In this document: one piece after another, positions 11,240 to 25,398 of the stretch
How the letters are laid out: each line of letters starts with the position of its first letter
Position numbering within the stretch: the stretch's first letter is position 1
Source of the DNA: Escherichia coli
Lineage (GTDB): Bacteria; Pseudomonadota; Gammaproteobacteria; Enterobacterales; Enterobacteriaceae
NCBI RefSeq assembly: GCF_003334405.1
Contig: NZ_QOWM01000002.1
Direction: 5' to 3' (one strand)
DNA: 64,000 nt
Position numbers and translations under genes: made by a program
The notes under the pieces: generated by a model
What the model was told of the DNA's origin: nothing
Database searches by the model: none
What the model saw: only the letters and a program-made list of their open reading frames with translations

Positions 11240-12130
11240 TTACTTTGTAATGAGATCGGGGTCAACTTCGCTTAACCGGCTTCGTTTTGACAGGTTGCCG
11301 GTCTTTCTTTTTTTCACTTTCGCCAGTTCTTCCGCAGAGTAATGCGACGCGACATCCAGCCGTCGAAGCCCCATTTTGATGTACTCGCTGTTGATCTCAA
11401 TACCAATGAATTTTCGTCCGCTGGCGATGGCTACGGCACCGGTAGTAAAGCTACCAGCAAACGGGTCGAGAACGATATCGCCTGGGTTGGAAGAGGCGAG
11501 AATAATGCGTTTCAGTAAGGCTTCCGGTTTTTGCGTCGGGTGGTTTTCATATTCATCCATCAAATAACGCACGCGCGGAAAATCCCAAACGTTACCCGGT
11601 ACTTTTTGATGATTGTAAGGCTGTGGAGGATTTTTGCGATAATCGATCAACGCGCGCTGCGATCCGGTTTTGGCTTCTACCAGAATAGCATCACCGTTGA
11701 ATGTGTAGTTCTTTGCGTCTTTCACCATCATCAGGATGGGTTCGTACATGGAGCCGTAGTGTTTTTTCGCCTGCACTCCAGAACTGTCATATGACCAGAC
11801 GATGCGACTTTTGATGGTAAAAAGCTTGCGGCACTGGAGATCGATAAAGGGCATGTTTTCCGTACTGTTCATGATGTACATGCTGCCCTGCTTTTTCAGA
11901 ACGCGGTGGCACTCTGCAATCACTTCAAACAGCCAGTCGATAAACAGATCTTCTTTCCAGGCTTCGATCAGACCATCAAAATTTTTACCGATGTTATATG
12001 GTGGGTCGGCAAAGATCAGATCGACACTTTCGGCGGGGATCTTTTTAAGTTCGGCAAGCGCATCACCGTGAATAATGGTCTTAGCTTCATTACCAAACCG
12101 GGTCGGTTCACATCCTGTTCTCATGGTCAC
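11240..12130 (-). CDS. yhdJ: Orphan N6-adenine DNA methyltransferase (beta-class)
   Basis: Motif IV DPPY (FADPPYNIG) near the N-terminus and SAM-binding FxGxG-like motif (DPFAGSFTTG) near the C-terminus; no adjacent restriction endonuclease ORF. Confidence 0.9.
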   Translation of the reverse strand: MTMRTGCEPTRFGNEAKTIIHGDALAELKKIPAESVDLIFADPPYNIGKNFDGLIEAWKEDLFIDWLFEVIAECHRVLKKQGSMYIMNSTENMPFIDLQCRKLFTIKSRIVWSYDSSGVQAKKHYGSMYEPILMMVKDAKNYTFNGDAILVEAKTGSQRALIDYRKNPPQPYNHQKVPGNVWDFPRVRYLMDEYENHPTQKPEALLKRIILASSNPGDIVLDPFAGSFTTGAVAIASGRKFIGIEINSEYIKMGLRRLDVASHYSAEELAKVKKRKTGNLSKRSRLSEVDPDLITK

Positions 12131-12209
12131 TCCCTTTGTGACACCTATAAAAAAGGCGCTTCCCCATGCCGAGTAGCGCCTTTTTAATCAAGCATTTAGC
12201 TAACCTGAA

Positions 12210-12506
12210 TTAGTTCATGCCGTATTTTTTCAATTTTTTACGCAGCGTACCACGGTTGATGCCCATCATCAGCGCAGCACGGGTCTGGTTACCACGGGTG
12301 TATTGCATCACCATGTCCAACAGGGGCTGTTCTACTTCAGCCAGTACCAGCTCATAGAGGTCATTCACATCCTGACCATTCAGTTGAGCAAAATAGTTCT
12401 TCAGTGCCTGTTTAACCGAGTCACGCAGGGGTTTTTGGGTTACCTGATCCTGAGAGTTAACGGTAGAAACGGTCAGTACGTCAGAATTTACGCGTTGTTC
12501 GAACAT
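12210..12506 (-). CDS. fis: Nucleoid-associated protein Fis
   Basis: 98-aa [24 protein letters not shown]...[13 protein letters not shown] with C-terminal HTH. Confidence 0.97.
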
Positions 12507-12531
12507 AGTTCTGTCAGCTCTTTATTTCTGT

Positions 12532-13497
12532 TTACGCAAAATTTTCGAAGTATGCCTCCAACGCCTCCAGCTGTTCGCTGGCATCCTCAATGGCGTTGAA
12601 TGTGCGCCGAAACTGGTCATTTGGAGCGTGTTCCTGGAGATACCAGGAAACGTGTTTACGTGCAATTCGGTACCCTTTTGCCGGACCATAAAAGTCATGC
12701 AGTTCCCGAACGTGCGCGCAAAGCAAGCGCTTAACCTCTGCCAAAGGCAGCGGGGGCAGCAACTCCCCAGTGTCCAGATAATGCTGGATTTCCCGAAAGA
12801 TCCAGGGTCTTCCCTGAGCTGCGCGGCCTATCATCAGGGCATCCGCCCCTGTATAGTCGAGCACAGCTCTGGCTTTAAGCGGGTCAGTAATGTCGCCATT
12901 CGCGATAACCGGAATGGAAACTTTCTGCTTAACTGCCCGAATACTGTCGTACTCAGCTTCTCCATTGAACAAACAGGCGCGTGTACGGCCATGAATGGTC
13001 AGAGCCTGAATGCCACAGTCTTCAGCCAGTTGGGCAATCTCTTCGCAGTTACGGTGTTCCGGTGCCCAGCCGGTGCGAATCTTCAGGGTAACAGGAACGT
13101 CCACTGCATTGACGACCTCGGTAAGGATCGATTTAACGACATCCGGGTACTGCAAGAGGGCTGAACCTGCGAGCTTGCGATTCACTTTTTTAGCCGGGCA
13201 ACCCATATTGATATCAATAATCTGGGCACCGCTTTCCACGTTAATACGTGCTGCATCTGCCATTTCTTTCGGATCGCTACCAGCAATTTGCACGGTGCGA
13301 ATACCGGGTTCATCAATGTGCACCATCCGTAAACGAGATTTGTCGCTTTCCCAAACCTGTGGGTTAGAAGACATCATCTCGGATACTGTCAATCCGGCTC
13401 CCATCTCGTAGCACAACGTCCGAAAAGGTCTGTCTGTAATGCCAGCCATGGGCGCTGCGATCAGGCGATTTCTGAGCTGATATTGTCCGATGCGCAT
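12532..13497 (-). CDS. dusB: tRNA-dihydrouridine synthase B
   Basis: 321-aa ORF, Dus-family flavin TIM-barrel protein immediately upstream of fis in the same operon. Confidence 0.95.
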   Translation of the reverse strand: MRIGQYQLRNRLIAAPMAGITDRPFRTLCYEMGAGLTVSEMMSSNPQVWESDKSRLRMVHIDEPGIRTVQIAGSDPKEMADAARINVESGAQIIDINMGCPAKKVNRKLAGSALLQYPDVVKSILTEVVNAVDVPVTLKIRTGWAPEHRNCEEIAQLAEDCGIQALTIHGRTRACLFNGEAEYDSIRAVKQKVSIPVIANGDITDPLKARAVLDYTGADALMIGRAAQGRPWIFREIQHYLDTGELLPPLPLAEVKRLLCAHVRELHDFYGPAKGYRIARKHVSWYLQEHAPNDQFRRTFNAIEDASEQLEALEAYFENFA

Positions 13498-13700
13498 GAG
13501 TTAAGAAATGACCATACTGTGACTGCAAGGCGGCGTATATTACGCATTTTTTGCACGAGATGAAAGGCCAAACTTTGACCAATCCTCTGAGATGGATCAA
13601 AGAATTGCATTTAAAATGAGCGTGGTGCGATAATTACTCATAAAAATCATCATATTAGAAAATAGTGACTAAAATTTACACTCAAAGAAATTTGAGTAAG
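13498..13700 (-). promoter_or_regulatory. dusB-fis operon promoter / upstream regulatory region
   Basis: AT-rich region directly upstream of the dusB start; positional inference only, no -10/-35 mapped. Confidence 0.35.
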
Positions 13701-13825
13701 TTCTCAATTTTTCTTTATGAATGAAAATTTTGGCACGCAAATTTGCGTAAATAATCGGCAAATTTACGTGCCTTTTGTGAGCTTGCTCGCACTTCGCCCC
13801 GCGTCACCCTACGGCGATGCGAAGG

Positions 13826-14707
13826 TTAATTCTTACGACCGGTAATACGGCACCACTCTTCTTTTTCCACGACCGGGTCCAGTGCGAAGCTATCGGCATA
13901 AGCTTCACAAACGCTCTCTGCCTGGCTTGCCAGAATACCGGAAAGGCCCAGCAAACCGCCTGAAACCGGCAGGACGCTGATTAACGGTGCCAGTTCACGT
14001 AATGGGCCTGCAAGGATGTTAGCGACCACCACGTCGGCTTTCATTTCTTCTGGCTGATCTTTCGGTAAGTAGAGTTCCAGACGGTCAGAAACGCCATTAC
14101 GTTCGGCGTTATCGCGGCTGGCCTGAATCGCCTGCGGATCGATATCAATACCAATGGCTTTTGCTGCACCCAGTTTCAGCGCCGCGATCGCCAGAATGCC
14201 GGAACCACAGCCAAAGTCGATGACTGTTTTACCGGTTAAATCGAGGCTGTCGAGCCATTGCAGGCACAGAGAGGTGGTTGGATGGGTACCCGTACCAAAC
14301 GCCAGCCCTGGATCTAACATCACGTTGACGGCGTTTTCGTCCGGCACATCACGCCAGCTAGGGCAGATCCACAGTCGTTCACCAAAGCGCATCGGGTGGA
14401 AATTATCCATCCATTCGCGCTCCCAGTCTTTATCTTCTAGTTGTTCGATTTTATGCGCGAAGCCTGCGCCGAGCAGCGGATGGTTTTCCAGAATCGCCAC
14501 CACGTCGTTCATATCGGTTTCAGCGTCGAACAGACCAATCACATCGGTGTCGCCCCACAGGCGCGTTTCGCCCGGCAGCGGTTCAAATACTGGCGTATCG
14601 TGGGTATCCTGAAAAGTGATAGAAACGGCACCCGCTTCCATCAGCGCATCGCTAAGATCTTCCGCGTTCGCGCCGGTGGTGTTCAGTTTCAGTTGGATCC
14701 AAGGCAT
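13826..14707 (-). CDS. prmA: Ribosomal protein L11 methyltransferase
   Basis: 293-aa ORF with SAM-binding motif [14 protein letters not shown]. Confidence 0.93.
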
Positions 14708-14718
14708 GGCAAAACTCT

Positions 14719-16170
14719 TTATTTATCAGTAGTCAAAACGGTAGCTTGCGGGACGGATGTACCGAAACGGTTTCCGACCAGGAAAGCCAGCAAACTTAGT
14801 AGTAACGAGGGCACGATAGGGTGGAAGCCCAGGTACTGAATATTCAGCGTCGCGAGTACGGCATACAGCACGCCGCCAACGATCATCGCACTTAGCGCGC
14901 CTTTGGCGTTGGCGCGTTCCCAGTAAAGACCCAGCACCAGCGGCCACAGGAAAACGGCTTCCAGCCCACCGAAGGCCAACAAATTCAGCCAGATGATCAT
15001 TTCTGGCGGCTTCCAGGCGGCAAGCAGCAGCAACGCGCCGAGAACTAACGTAATTACCGCCGACATCCGCTTCAGACGCGTCTCGTTTTGCATTTGATCC
15101 GGACGGATATTCAGATAGAGATCTTTAATGATCGTAGCGGAACTTTGCAGCAGTTGGGCGTTAATTGTCGACATGATCGCAGCCATCGGTGCAGCCAGGA
15201 AGATCCCGGCAGCAAACGGTGGCAGCACTTTTACCATTAACGTTGGGATCACCAGGTCCGGTACGGTGAGATCGGGGATCACCGCCCGACCTAACGCTCC
15301 GGCCAGGTGCATACCGAACATCAGAATTGCGACCACAATCGTACCGATGATGATCCCCCGATGTACGGCTTTGCTGTCTTTATAAGAGATACAGCGCACC
15401 GCAGTATGCGGCAGGCCAATCACGCCAAAACACACCAGTACCCAGAACGACGTCATAAAGGCAGGCGACAGAATATCGTCAGCGCCTTGTGGCGTAACCA
15501 GTTGCGGATCGATGGTTTGCAAGGTCTGTACTGCGTTACTTAAGCCGCCAGCGGCATGTACTACGCCAATAAGCAGCACAACGGTGCCAATCAGCATCAC
15601 AAGCCCTTGCATGGTGTCGTTCAGCACGCTGGCGCGAAAGCCACCAAAGGCGGTATATAACGCAATGCTGATACCAAAAATCAGCAGCCCGGTTTCATAA
15701 GGAATACCCGCCGCGGTTTCCAGCAGGCGCGCACCGCCGATAAACTGCACGGTCATCGCACCAACGAACGCAACCAGCAAACTCAAACTCGCCAGCCACA
15801 CCAGAAGACGACTCTGGTAGCGGGCAAACAGCATATCGTTCAGCGTCACTGCATTGTAGCGGCGCGCAAGAATCGCAAACTTCTTGCCGAGAATACCGAG
15901 TGAAAGCCAGACTGCAGGAAGCTGAATCATCGCCAGCAATACCCAGCCCAGCCCGTATTTATAAGCAGCTCCTGGCCCGCCGATAAACGAACTGGCACTG
16001 ATATAGGTCGCGGTGAGCGTCATCGCCAGCACAATACCGCCCATAGAGCGGCTGCCGAGGAAATACTCATTAAGGAAGGTGCCGGTGCTCCGTTTACGCA
16101 TCGCATAAACCGAGATACCGAACACCACCACCAGATAGGCGACCAGCGGTAGAATTACTTCAAGCTGCAT
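14719..16170 (-). CDS. panF: Sodium/pantothenate symporter
   Basis: SSS-family multi-TM transporter; probable start at [13 protein letters not shown] (ORF track begins 2 codons earlier at 16176). Confidence 0.93.
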
Positions 16171-16402
16171 CGTCATCCTCCAGTGGGATATCGCGATAGA
16201 TAAATTTCACCATCGCCCAGCACAGTCCAATAAACAGCAGCGGCGTCAGGATGCAGGCCATCTCAAACCAGCGCGGAAAGCCGGTAAAACCGGGGGCAAC
16301 GCCAGATAAGTAAGCGGCTACTAACCAAACTGCCAGATACAAAAGGGTCAGCCCCAGCGCCCAGCGCGCCTCTTTATGGGCCTGAACAAAACGAGTGTCC
16401 AT
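16160..16402 (-). CDS. yhdT: Small inner-membrane protein (DUF997), overlapping panF start
   Basis: 80-aa ORF with two hydrophobic helices; stop overlaps the panF start. Confidence 0.75.
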   Translation of the reverse strand: MDTRFVQAHKEARWALGLTLLYLAVWLVAAYLSGVAPGFTGFPRWFEMACILTPLLFIGLCWAMVKFIYRDIPLEDDDAA

Positions 16403-16510
16403 TTTTTGTCCCTGATGGGTGAAGAAAGCGGGGATTGTACCTTATGGGGGTTGTCGATCCCCAGTAATAAAAAAGGCCGGAAAATCCGGCCTTTTGACGC
16501 TTTAGCAGTC

Positions 16511-17860
16511 TTATTTTTCCTGAAGACCGAGTTTTTTCTCCAGATAGTGGATGTTAGTGCCACCATGCTGGAAGTTCTCGTCATTCATGATGCGGATCTG
16601 CAGATCAACGTTGGTTTTGATACCGTCGATGATCAGCTCCTGCAGCGCATTCTTCATGCGGGCAATCGCCACGTCACGGTTTTCACCGTAGCAAATCAGC
16701 TTACCGATCATTGAGTCATAGTACGGCGGTACGGTGTAGCCCGCGTAGATATGAGACTCCCAACGTACGCCAAAACCGCCAGGTGCGTGGAAACGGGTGA
16801 TTTTGCCCGGACTTGGCAGGAAGGTGTTCGGATCTTCGGCGTTGATACGACATTCCACCGCATGGCCGCGAACGTGAACTTCTTCTTGCTTGATCGACAG
16901 CGGTTGACCGGCAGCGATACGCAGCTGTTCTTTGATCAGGTCAACGCCGGTGATCATTTCTGTAACCGGGTGTTCTACCTGAATACGGGTGTTCATTTCG
17001 ATGAAATAGAACTCGCCGTTTTCGAACAGGAACTCGAAAGTACCTGCACCGCGATAGCCGATATCAACACACGCTTTAGCGCAACGTTCGCCGATGTAGC
17101 GACGCAGTTCCGGGGTAATGCCCGGTGCTGGCGCTTCTTCGACCACTTTCTGGTGGCGGCGTTGCATGGAGCAGTCACGTTCCGCCAGATAGATAGCGTT
17201 GCCCTGACCGTCAGCCAGTACCTGAATCTCGACGTGGCGAGGATTTTCCAGGTATTTCTCCATGTAAACCATATCGTTGCTGAAAGCAGCTTTCGCTTCC
17301 GCACGGGTCATGGAGATGGATTGTGCCAGTTCAGCGTCGCCGCGCACTACGCGCATACCGCGACCGCCGCCGCCGCCGGAGGCTTTGATAATCACCGGAT
17401 AACCAATGCGTTTAGCAATGGCACGGTTTTTATCCATATCGTCGCCCAGCGGGCCGTCAGAACCCGGTACGCAAGGGACGCCCGCTTTTTTCATCGCCGC
17501 GATTGCGGATACTTTGTCGCCCATCAGGCGAATGGTTTCTGCTTTCGGGCCAATGAAGATAAAGCCGGAGCGTTCAACCTGCTCGGCAAAGTTGGCGTTC
17601 TCGGAGAGGAAGCCGTAACCCGGATGGATTGCTACTGCGCCGGTGATTTCAGCGGCGCTGATGATTGCCGGGATGTTCAGATAACTTTTTACTGACGGAG
17701 CAGGGCCAATACAGACCGTTTCATCTGCCAGTAATACGTGTTTTAGATCGCGATCCGCGCTGGAGTGCACAGCGACAGTCTTGATGCCCAGTTCTTTACA
17801 GGCACGAAGAATACGCAATGCAATCTCGCCGCGGTTGGCAATAACAATTTTATCCAGCAT
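16511..17860 (-). CDS. accC: Biotin carboxylase subunit of acetyl-CoA carboxylase
   Basis: ATP-grasp protein starting [26 protein letters not shown] (ORF track extends 13 codons upstream to 17899). Confidence 0.96.
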
Positions 17861-17870
17861 GTTCGCCTCG

Positions 17871-18341
17871 TTACTCGATGACGACCAGCGGCTCGTCAAA
17901 TTCTACCGGTTGTCCACTTTCGACCAGAATTGCTTTCACGGTACCGGATTTGTCCGCTTCGATCTGGTTCATCATTTTCATGGCTTCAACGATGCACAGG
18001 GTATCGCCCACGTTGACTTTCTGACCCACTTCGATGAACGCTTTTGCGTCCGGGCTTGGGGTGCGGTAGAAAGTACCAACCATCGGGGAACGTACGATGT
18101 GACCACTGATTTCCGCTGCTGCTGGCGCTTCCATGGAAGGAACGGTCGCCGGAGCGGCTGCGTTAGATTGAGCTGGCTGCTGCATCATTGGTGCAGCGTA
18201 AGCTTGTTGCATCACAGGGAAACTTGCGGCAGGAGCTGCACGGCTAATGCGTACTGACTCTTCGCCTTCAGAAATTTCCAGTTCGGAGATGCCTGATTCT
18301 TCAACCAGCTCGATCAGTTTTTTAATCTTACGAATATCCAT
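17871..18341 (-). CDS. accB: Biotin carboxyl carrier protein
   Basis: 156-aa ORF with Ala/Pro-rich linker and biotinylation motif EAMKMM. Confidence 0.96.
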
Positions 18342-19318
18342 GAGTGGGTTCCGTACTCTTTGTTTAGTGTGATTGTGACAGGCGTTTCACCGCCGTCTGT
18401 AAAGCGTATGCCCCGACAGCTGTATGCATAGCGATAAATTCCAGCAGGCCGGGACGCCGGTCTATTTTGCCCCAGAGTGTCAATGTTAGACTTGACGGAC
18501 ATTGTGCAGCGATCTGCTGCTATCCTCCGGCAAAAAACAAAATATACCTTCGTTGCGCCAATGTCACCTTTTCCGCAGCGCAAAAACTGCGTCAGGGAGG
18601 ACGAGGTCGCACATTATAACGATTTCGTAGCAATTGGCAGCTAAATACTGGTCTTATCAGGGAAGATAATCAACAGCTAACATGTAAATAACCTTCAACA
18701 CCGTGTAATTTGCAACAAGCCGCACAATTCACGAAATTAGCGCCATCATCGACGGAACTTCTTATAACGTAAGGTGAAAAGCTGAAAAGCCAGCCCTGCG
18801 AAGATGAGGGGCTGCAATGAGATAATCTTCACAGACCACAAATAATGTAGGGATGCCAGGATCGCGACAAGATAGACGACATTACGCAGCGGTTGCTGGG
18901 GATTACCCAATTTTCACTGCATCGTCTGGATAGATGTGAATGCTAAAGCACGCAAAATTAACCGATTGACAATGCTCAGCATTAAATAGGTTCGAGTGAT
19001 TAATTTGTAGTCAAACAAAATCAGATTATTCACCCCATGGTACCAGAAATAAGTAAGGGGCTAAGCGTAGCGTCGCCCAGGCAAAGCACCATAAACCTAA
19101 CAGGCGACGGAGGCGTATCAATAATAGCTGTTTAGTGGAGTATCAATGCGCATCAATTTGTGGTCAGTCGAAATCATGACTTTCCAGTTTGGATGATGTT
19201 GTATAACTTCCTGACCAAGGTGTTCGACGAAAGCTGTCCGGCTAACCGCTTTTCCCGTTAACCGATTGAATAATGATTTCAAAATGAGTTCCCTCTCTTA
19301 TTATTCCCTGCTAAATGG

Positions 19319-20293
19319 TTAGTTAACCTTCACCAGCGTGCGACCCTGGATCTGGTTATTAATGATGGCCTCGGCAAAGTTCGGTGCCTCTGACAGAGAT
19401 ATCTCTTTTGCCGCCTGGGTATAGAATGATTCCGGTAAATCGGCGACCAGTCGCTGCCAGGCTTGTGCGCGGCGTTCTGGTGGCGTCATTACTGAATCCA
19501 CCCCTTGCAAACGGACATTACGCAGAATAAATGGCATGACCGTGGTTGGCAGAGTAAAACCACCCGCCAGACCACAGGCCGCCACGCAGCCGCCGTAATT
19601 CATTTGCGCCAGCACTTTTGCCAGCACTTTGTCGCCAACGGTGTCAATTGCCCCAGCCCAGACTTGTTTTTCCAGAGGACGGGATTCGGCAAACTCATCA
19701 CGAGGGAGAACACGGCTAGCACCTAAACTTTTCAGATATTCATGGGTACTTTCGCGACCGGAAACGGCAACGACCTGATAACCCAACTTATGCAGCAGCG
19801 CCACGGCGGTACTGCCGACGCCACCACTGGCACCCGTCACGACAATCTCCCCGTCCTGCGGGCGAACACCGGCATCTTCCAGCGCCATCACACACAGCAT
19901 GGCGGTAAAACCGGCAGTACCGATAATCATTGCTTTACGCGCGTCCAGCCCTTGCGGCATGGCAACCAGCCAGTCACCTTTCACTCGCGCCTGCTCCGCC
20001 AGCCCACCCCAGTGGTTTTCACCAACGCCCCAGCCAGTGAGTAACACCTCCTGACCGGCATGAAAACGCGGATCTTCGCTGGTGCGTACAGTTCCGGCAA
20101 AATCGATCCCAGGAATCATCGGAAAATTACGGATGATTTTTCCCTTACCGGTAATCGCCAGCGCATCTTTATAGTTCAGGCTCGACCAGTGAACATCGAC
20201 CGTGACATCGCCCTCCGGCAGGCGACTTTCGTCCAGAGTCTGTACTGATGCGAGAGTTTTGCCGTCCTGCTGTTCTAAAAGTAACGCCTGCAT
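19319..20293 (-). CDS. acuI: NADPH-dependent acrylyl-CoA reductase / quinone oxidoreductase-like (MDR superfamily)
   Basis: 324-aa ORF with nucleotide-binding motif TGASGGVGS. Confidence 0.9.
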   Translation of the reverse strand: MQALLLEQQDGKTLASVQTLDESRLPEGDVTVDVHWSSLNYKDALAITGKGKIIRNFPMIPGIDFAGTVRTSEDPRFHAGQEVLLTGWGVGENHWGGLAEQARVKGDWLVAMPQGLDARKAMIIGTAGFTAMLCVMALEDAGVRPQDGEIVVTGASGGVGSTAVALLHKLGYQVVAVSGRESTHEYLKSLGASRVLPRDEFAESRPLEKQVWAGAIDTVGDKVLAKVLAQMNYGGCVAACGLAGGFTLPTTVMPFILRNVRLQGVDSVMTPPERRAQAWQRLVADLPESFYTQAAKEISLSEAPNFAEAIINNQIQGRTLVKVN

Positions 20294-20444
20294 AAGTGGT
20301 CCTCATGTGCATGATGGATTGGAAAATAATTTCTGAAGACTATACTCGCTAATGGAAAAGCAAAGCCGATGAAGCGCAATAAATTGCGAGATAAATCTGA
20401 TTTGCTAGTATGCCCGCTTCCTCACTATCGGAGTTAACACAAGG

Positions 20445-22385
20445 ATGAGATTAACGACGAAATTTTCGGCCTTTGTTACGCTGCTCACCGGGTTAACAAT
20501 TTTTGTGACTTTGCTGGGCTGTTCGCTAAGTTTCTACAACGCCATTCAGTATAAGTTTAGTCATCGCGTTCAGGCGGTGGCGACGGCGATTGATACCCAC
20601 CTTGTGTCGAATGACTTCAGCGTATTAAGGCCACAAATTACCGAATTAATGATGTCGGCAGATATCGTTCGTGTAGACCTGCTCCATGGTGATAAACAGG
20701 TTTATACCCTGGCCAGAAATGGTAGTTATCGTCCAGTTGGCTCCAGCGATCTGTTTCGCGAACTGAGCGTTCCGTTGATAAAGCATCCGGGGATGTCGTT
20801 GCGTCTGGTTTATCAGGATCCGATGGGCAACTATTTCCATTCGTTGATGACCACCGCGCCGCTCACGGGGGCGATTGGCTTTATCATTGTTATGCTCTTC
20901 CTGGCGGTACGCTGGTTACAACGGCAACTTGCCGGGCAAGAATTGCTGGAAACCCGGGCTACTCGTATCTTAAACGGTGAGCGTGGCTCTAATGTGTTGG
21001 GAACCATCTATGAATGGCCGCCCAGAACCAGCAGTGCGCTGGATACGCTGCTTCGTGAAATTCAGAACGCACGCGAACAACACAGCCGTCTTGATACGCT
21101 GATCCGCTCTTATGCCGCCCAGGACGTGAAAACCGGCCTCAATAACCGACTCTTTTTCGATAATCAGTTAGCAACGTTACTGGAAGATCAGGAGAAAGTA
21201 GGTACCCACGGGATCGTGATGATGATTCGTCTGCCGGATTTCAATATGTTGAGCGATACCTGGGGGCACAGCCAGGTTGAAGAACAGTTCTTCACTCTGA
21301 CGAATCTGCTGTCGACATTTATGATGCGCTACCCTGGCGCACTGCTGGCGCGTTACCACCGCAGTGATTTTGCTGCGCTGTTACCGCACCGGACGTTAAA
21401 AGAGGCAGAGAGCATCGCCGGTCAGTTAATCAAAGCCGTTGATACCTTGCCGAACAATAAAATGCTCGATCGCGACGATATGATCCACATTGGTATCTGC
21501 GCCTGGCGTAGTGGTCAGGATACCGAGCAGGTAATGGAACATGCAGAGTCTGCCACGCGTAATGCGGGATTGCAGGGCGGCAATAGCTGGGCTATTTACG
21601 ATGACTCGTTGCCTGAAAAAGGACGCGGTAATGTTCGCTGGCGTACGCTTATCGAGCAAATGCTCAGTCGCGGCGGCCCGCGCCTTTATCAAAAACCGGC
21701 GGTTACTCGCGAAGGTCAGGTTCATCATCGCGAACTCATGTGCCGCATCTTCGATGGTAATGAAGAGGTTAGCTCGGCGGAGTATATGCCGATGGTCTTG
21801 CAGTTTGGCTTATCGGAAGAGTATGACCGTCTGCAAATCAGCCGTCTTATTCCACTATTGCGTTACTGGCCAGAGGAAAATCTGGCGATTCAGGTTACCG
21901 TTGAGTCGCTGATTCGCCCGCGTTTTCAGCGTTGGCTGCGCGATACGTTAATGCAATGTGAAAAATCACAACGAAAACGCATAATTATTGAACTTGCAGA
22001 GGCCGATGTAGGTCAACATATCAGTCGTTTACAACCTGTTATTCGTTTAGTGAATGCTTTAGGGGTACGGGTAGCCGTCAACCAGGCTGGTTTGACGCTG
22101 GTAAGTACCAGTTGGATCAAAGAACTTAATGTTGAGTTACTCAAGCTCCATCCGGGGCTGGTCAGAAACATTGAGAAGCGAACGGAGAACCAGCTGCTGG
22201 TTCAAAGCCTGGTGGAAGCCTGCTCCGGGACCAGCACCCAGGTTTACGCCACCGGCGTGCGTTCGCGAAGCGAGTGGCAGACCCTGATTCAGCGCGGTGT
22301 TACAGGCGGGCAAGGGGATTTTTTCGCGTCCTCACAGCCACTTGATACTAACGTGAAAAAATATTCACAAAGATACTCGGTTTAA
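20445..22385 (+). CDS. csrD: CsrB/CsrC sRNA turnover factor with degenerate GGDEF-EAL domains
   Basis: 646-aa ORF, N-terminal TM region; GGDEF position reads HRSDF and EAL position reads ELM. Confidence 0.9.
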   Translation: MRLTTKFSAFVTLLTGLTIFVTLLGCSLSFYNAIQYKFSHRVQAVATAIDTHLVSNDFSVLRPQITELMMSADIVRVDLLHGDKQVYTLARNGSYRPVGSSDLFRELSVPLIKHPGMSLRLVYQDPMGNYFHSLMTTAPLTGAIGFIIVMLFLAVRWLQRQLAGQELLETRATRILNGERGSNVLGTIYEWPPRTSSALDTLLREIQNAREQHSRLDTLIRSYAAQDVKTGLNNRLFFDNQLATLLEDQEKVGTHGIVMMIRLPDFNMLSDTWGHSQVEEQFFTLTNLLSTFMMRYPGALLARYHRSDFAALLPHRTLKEAESIAGQLIKAVDTLPNNKMLDRDDMIHIGICAWRSGQDTEQVMEHAESATRNAGLQGGNSWAIYDDSLPEKGRGNVRWRTLIEQMLSRGGPRLYQKPAVTREGQVHHRELMCRIFDGNEEVSSAEYMPMVLQFGLSEEYDRLQISRLIPLLRYWPEENLAIQVTVESLIRPRFQRWLRDTLMQCEKSQRKRIIIELAEADVGQHISRLQPVIRLVNALGVRVAVNQAGLTLVSTSWIKELNVELLKLHPGLVRNIEKRTENQLLVQSLVEACSGTSTQVYATGVRSRSEWQTLIQRGVTGGQGDFFASSQPLDTNVKKYSQRYSV

Positions 22386-22563
22386 CCTGCCGTTTAATCC
22401 GTTTTCACGTAGAATAACGCGCGCTGCGTCTCATGGGAGTGTGCTTGTCTGCTCGCCAGATTGTTGCAGCACATATGCAGATGAATGACCTTACGCGGTT
22501 GCAAACAGGCGAGGAATGCTGCTGATGCATTAAGCCTTTCTGGACTCAGGCAGAGATTTGTAA

Positions 22564-23733
<1,170 letters not shown>

Positions 23734-23740
23734 TCGGATG

Positions 23741-23773
23741 CAGGCAGGGGAAGTGTCTGTTTACCCTGCCTGG
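23741..23773 (+). terminator. Intra-operon hairpin (attenuator) between mreB and mreC
   Basis: Inverted repeat CAGGCAGGG...CCCTGCCTG directly after the mreB stop. Confidence 0.4.
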
Positions 23774-23798
23774 TCTGATACGAGAATACGCATAACTT

Positions 23799-25390
<1,592 letters not shown>

Positions 25391-25398
25391 AGGTTTCT

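Noticed and set aside
16751-17695. 314-aa ORF on the + strand
   Set aside because: Antisense to accC, whose identity is unambiguous; the translation is low-complexity and looks like a GC-codon-bias artefact.
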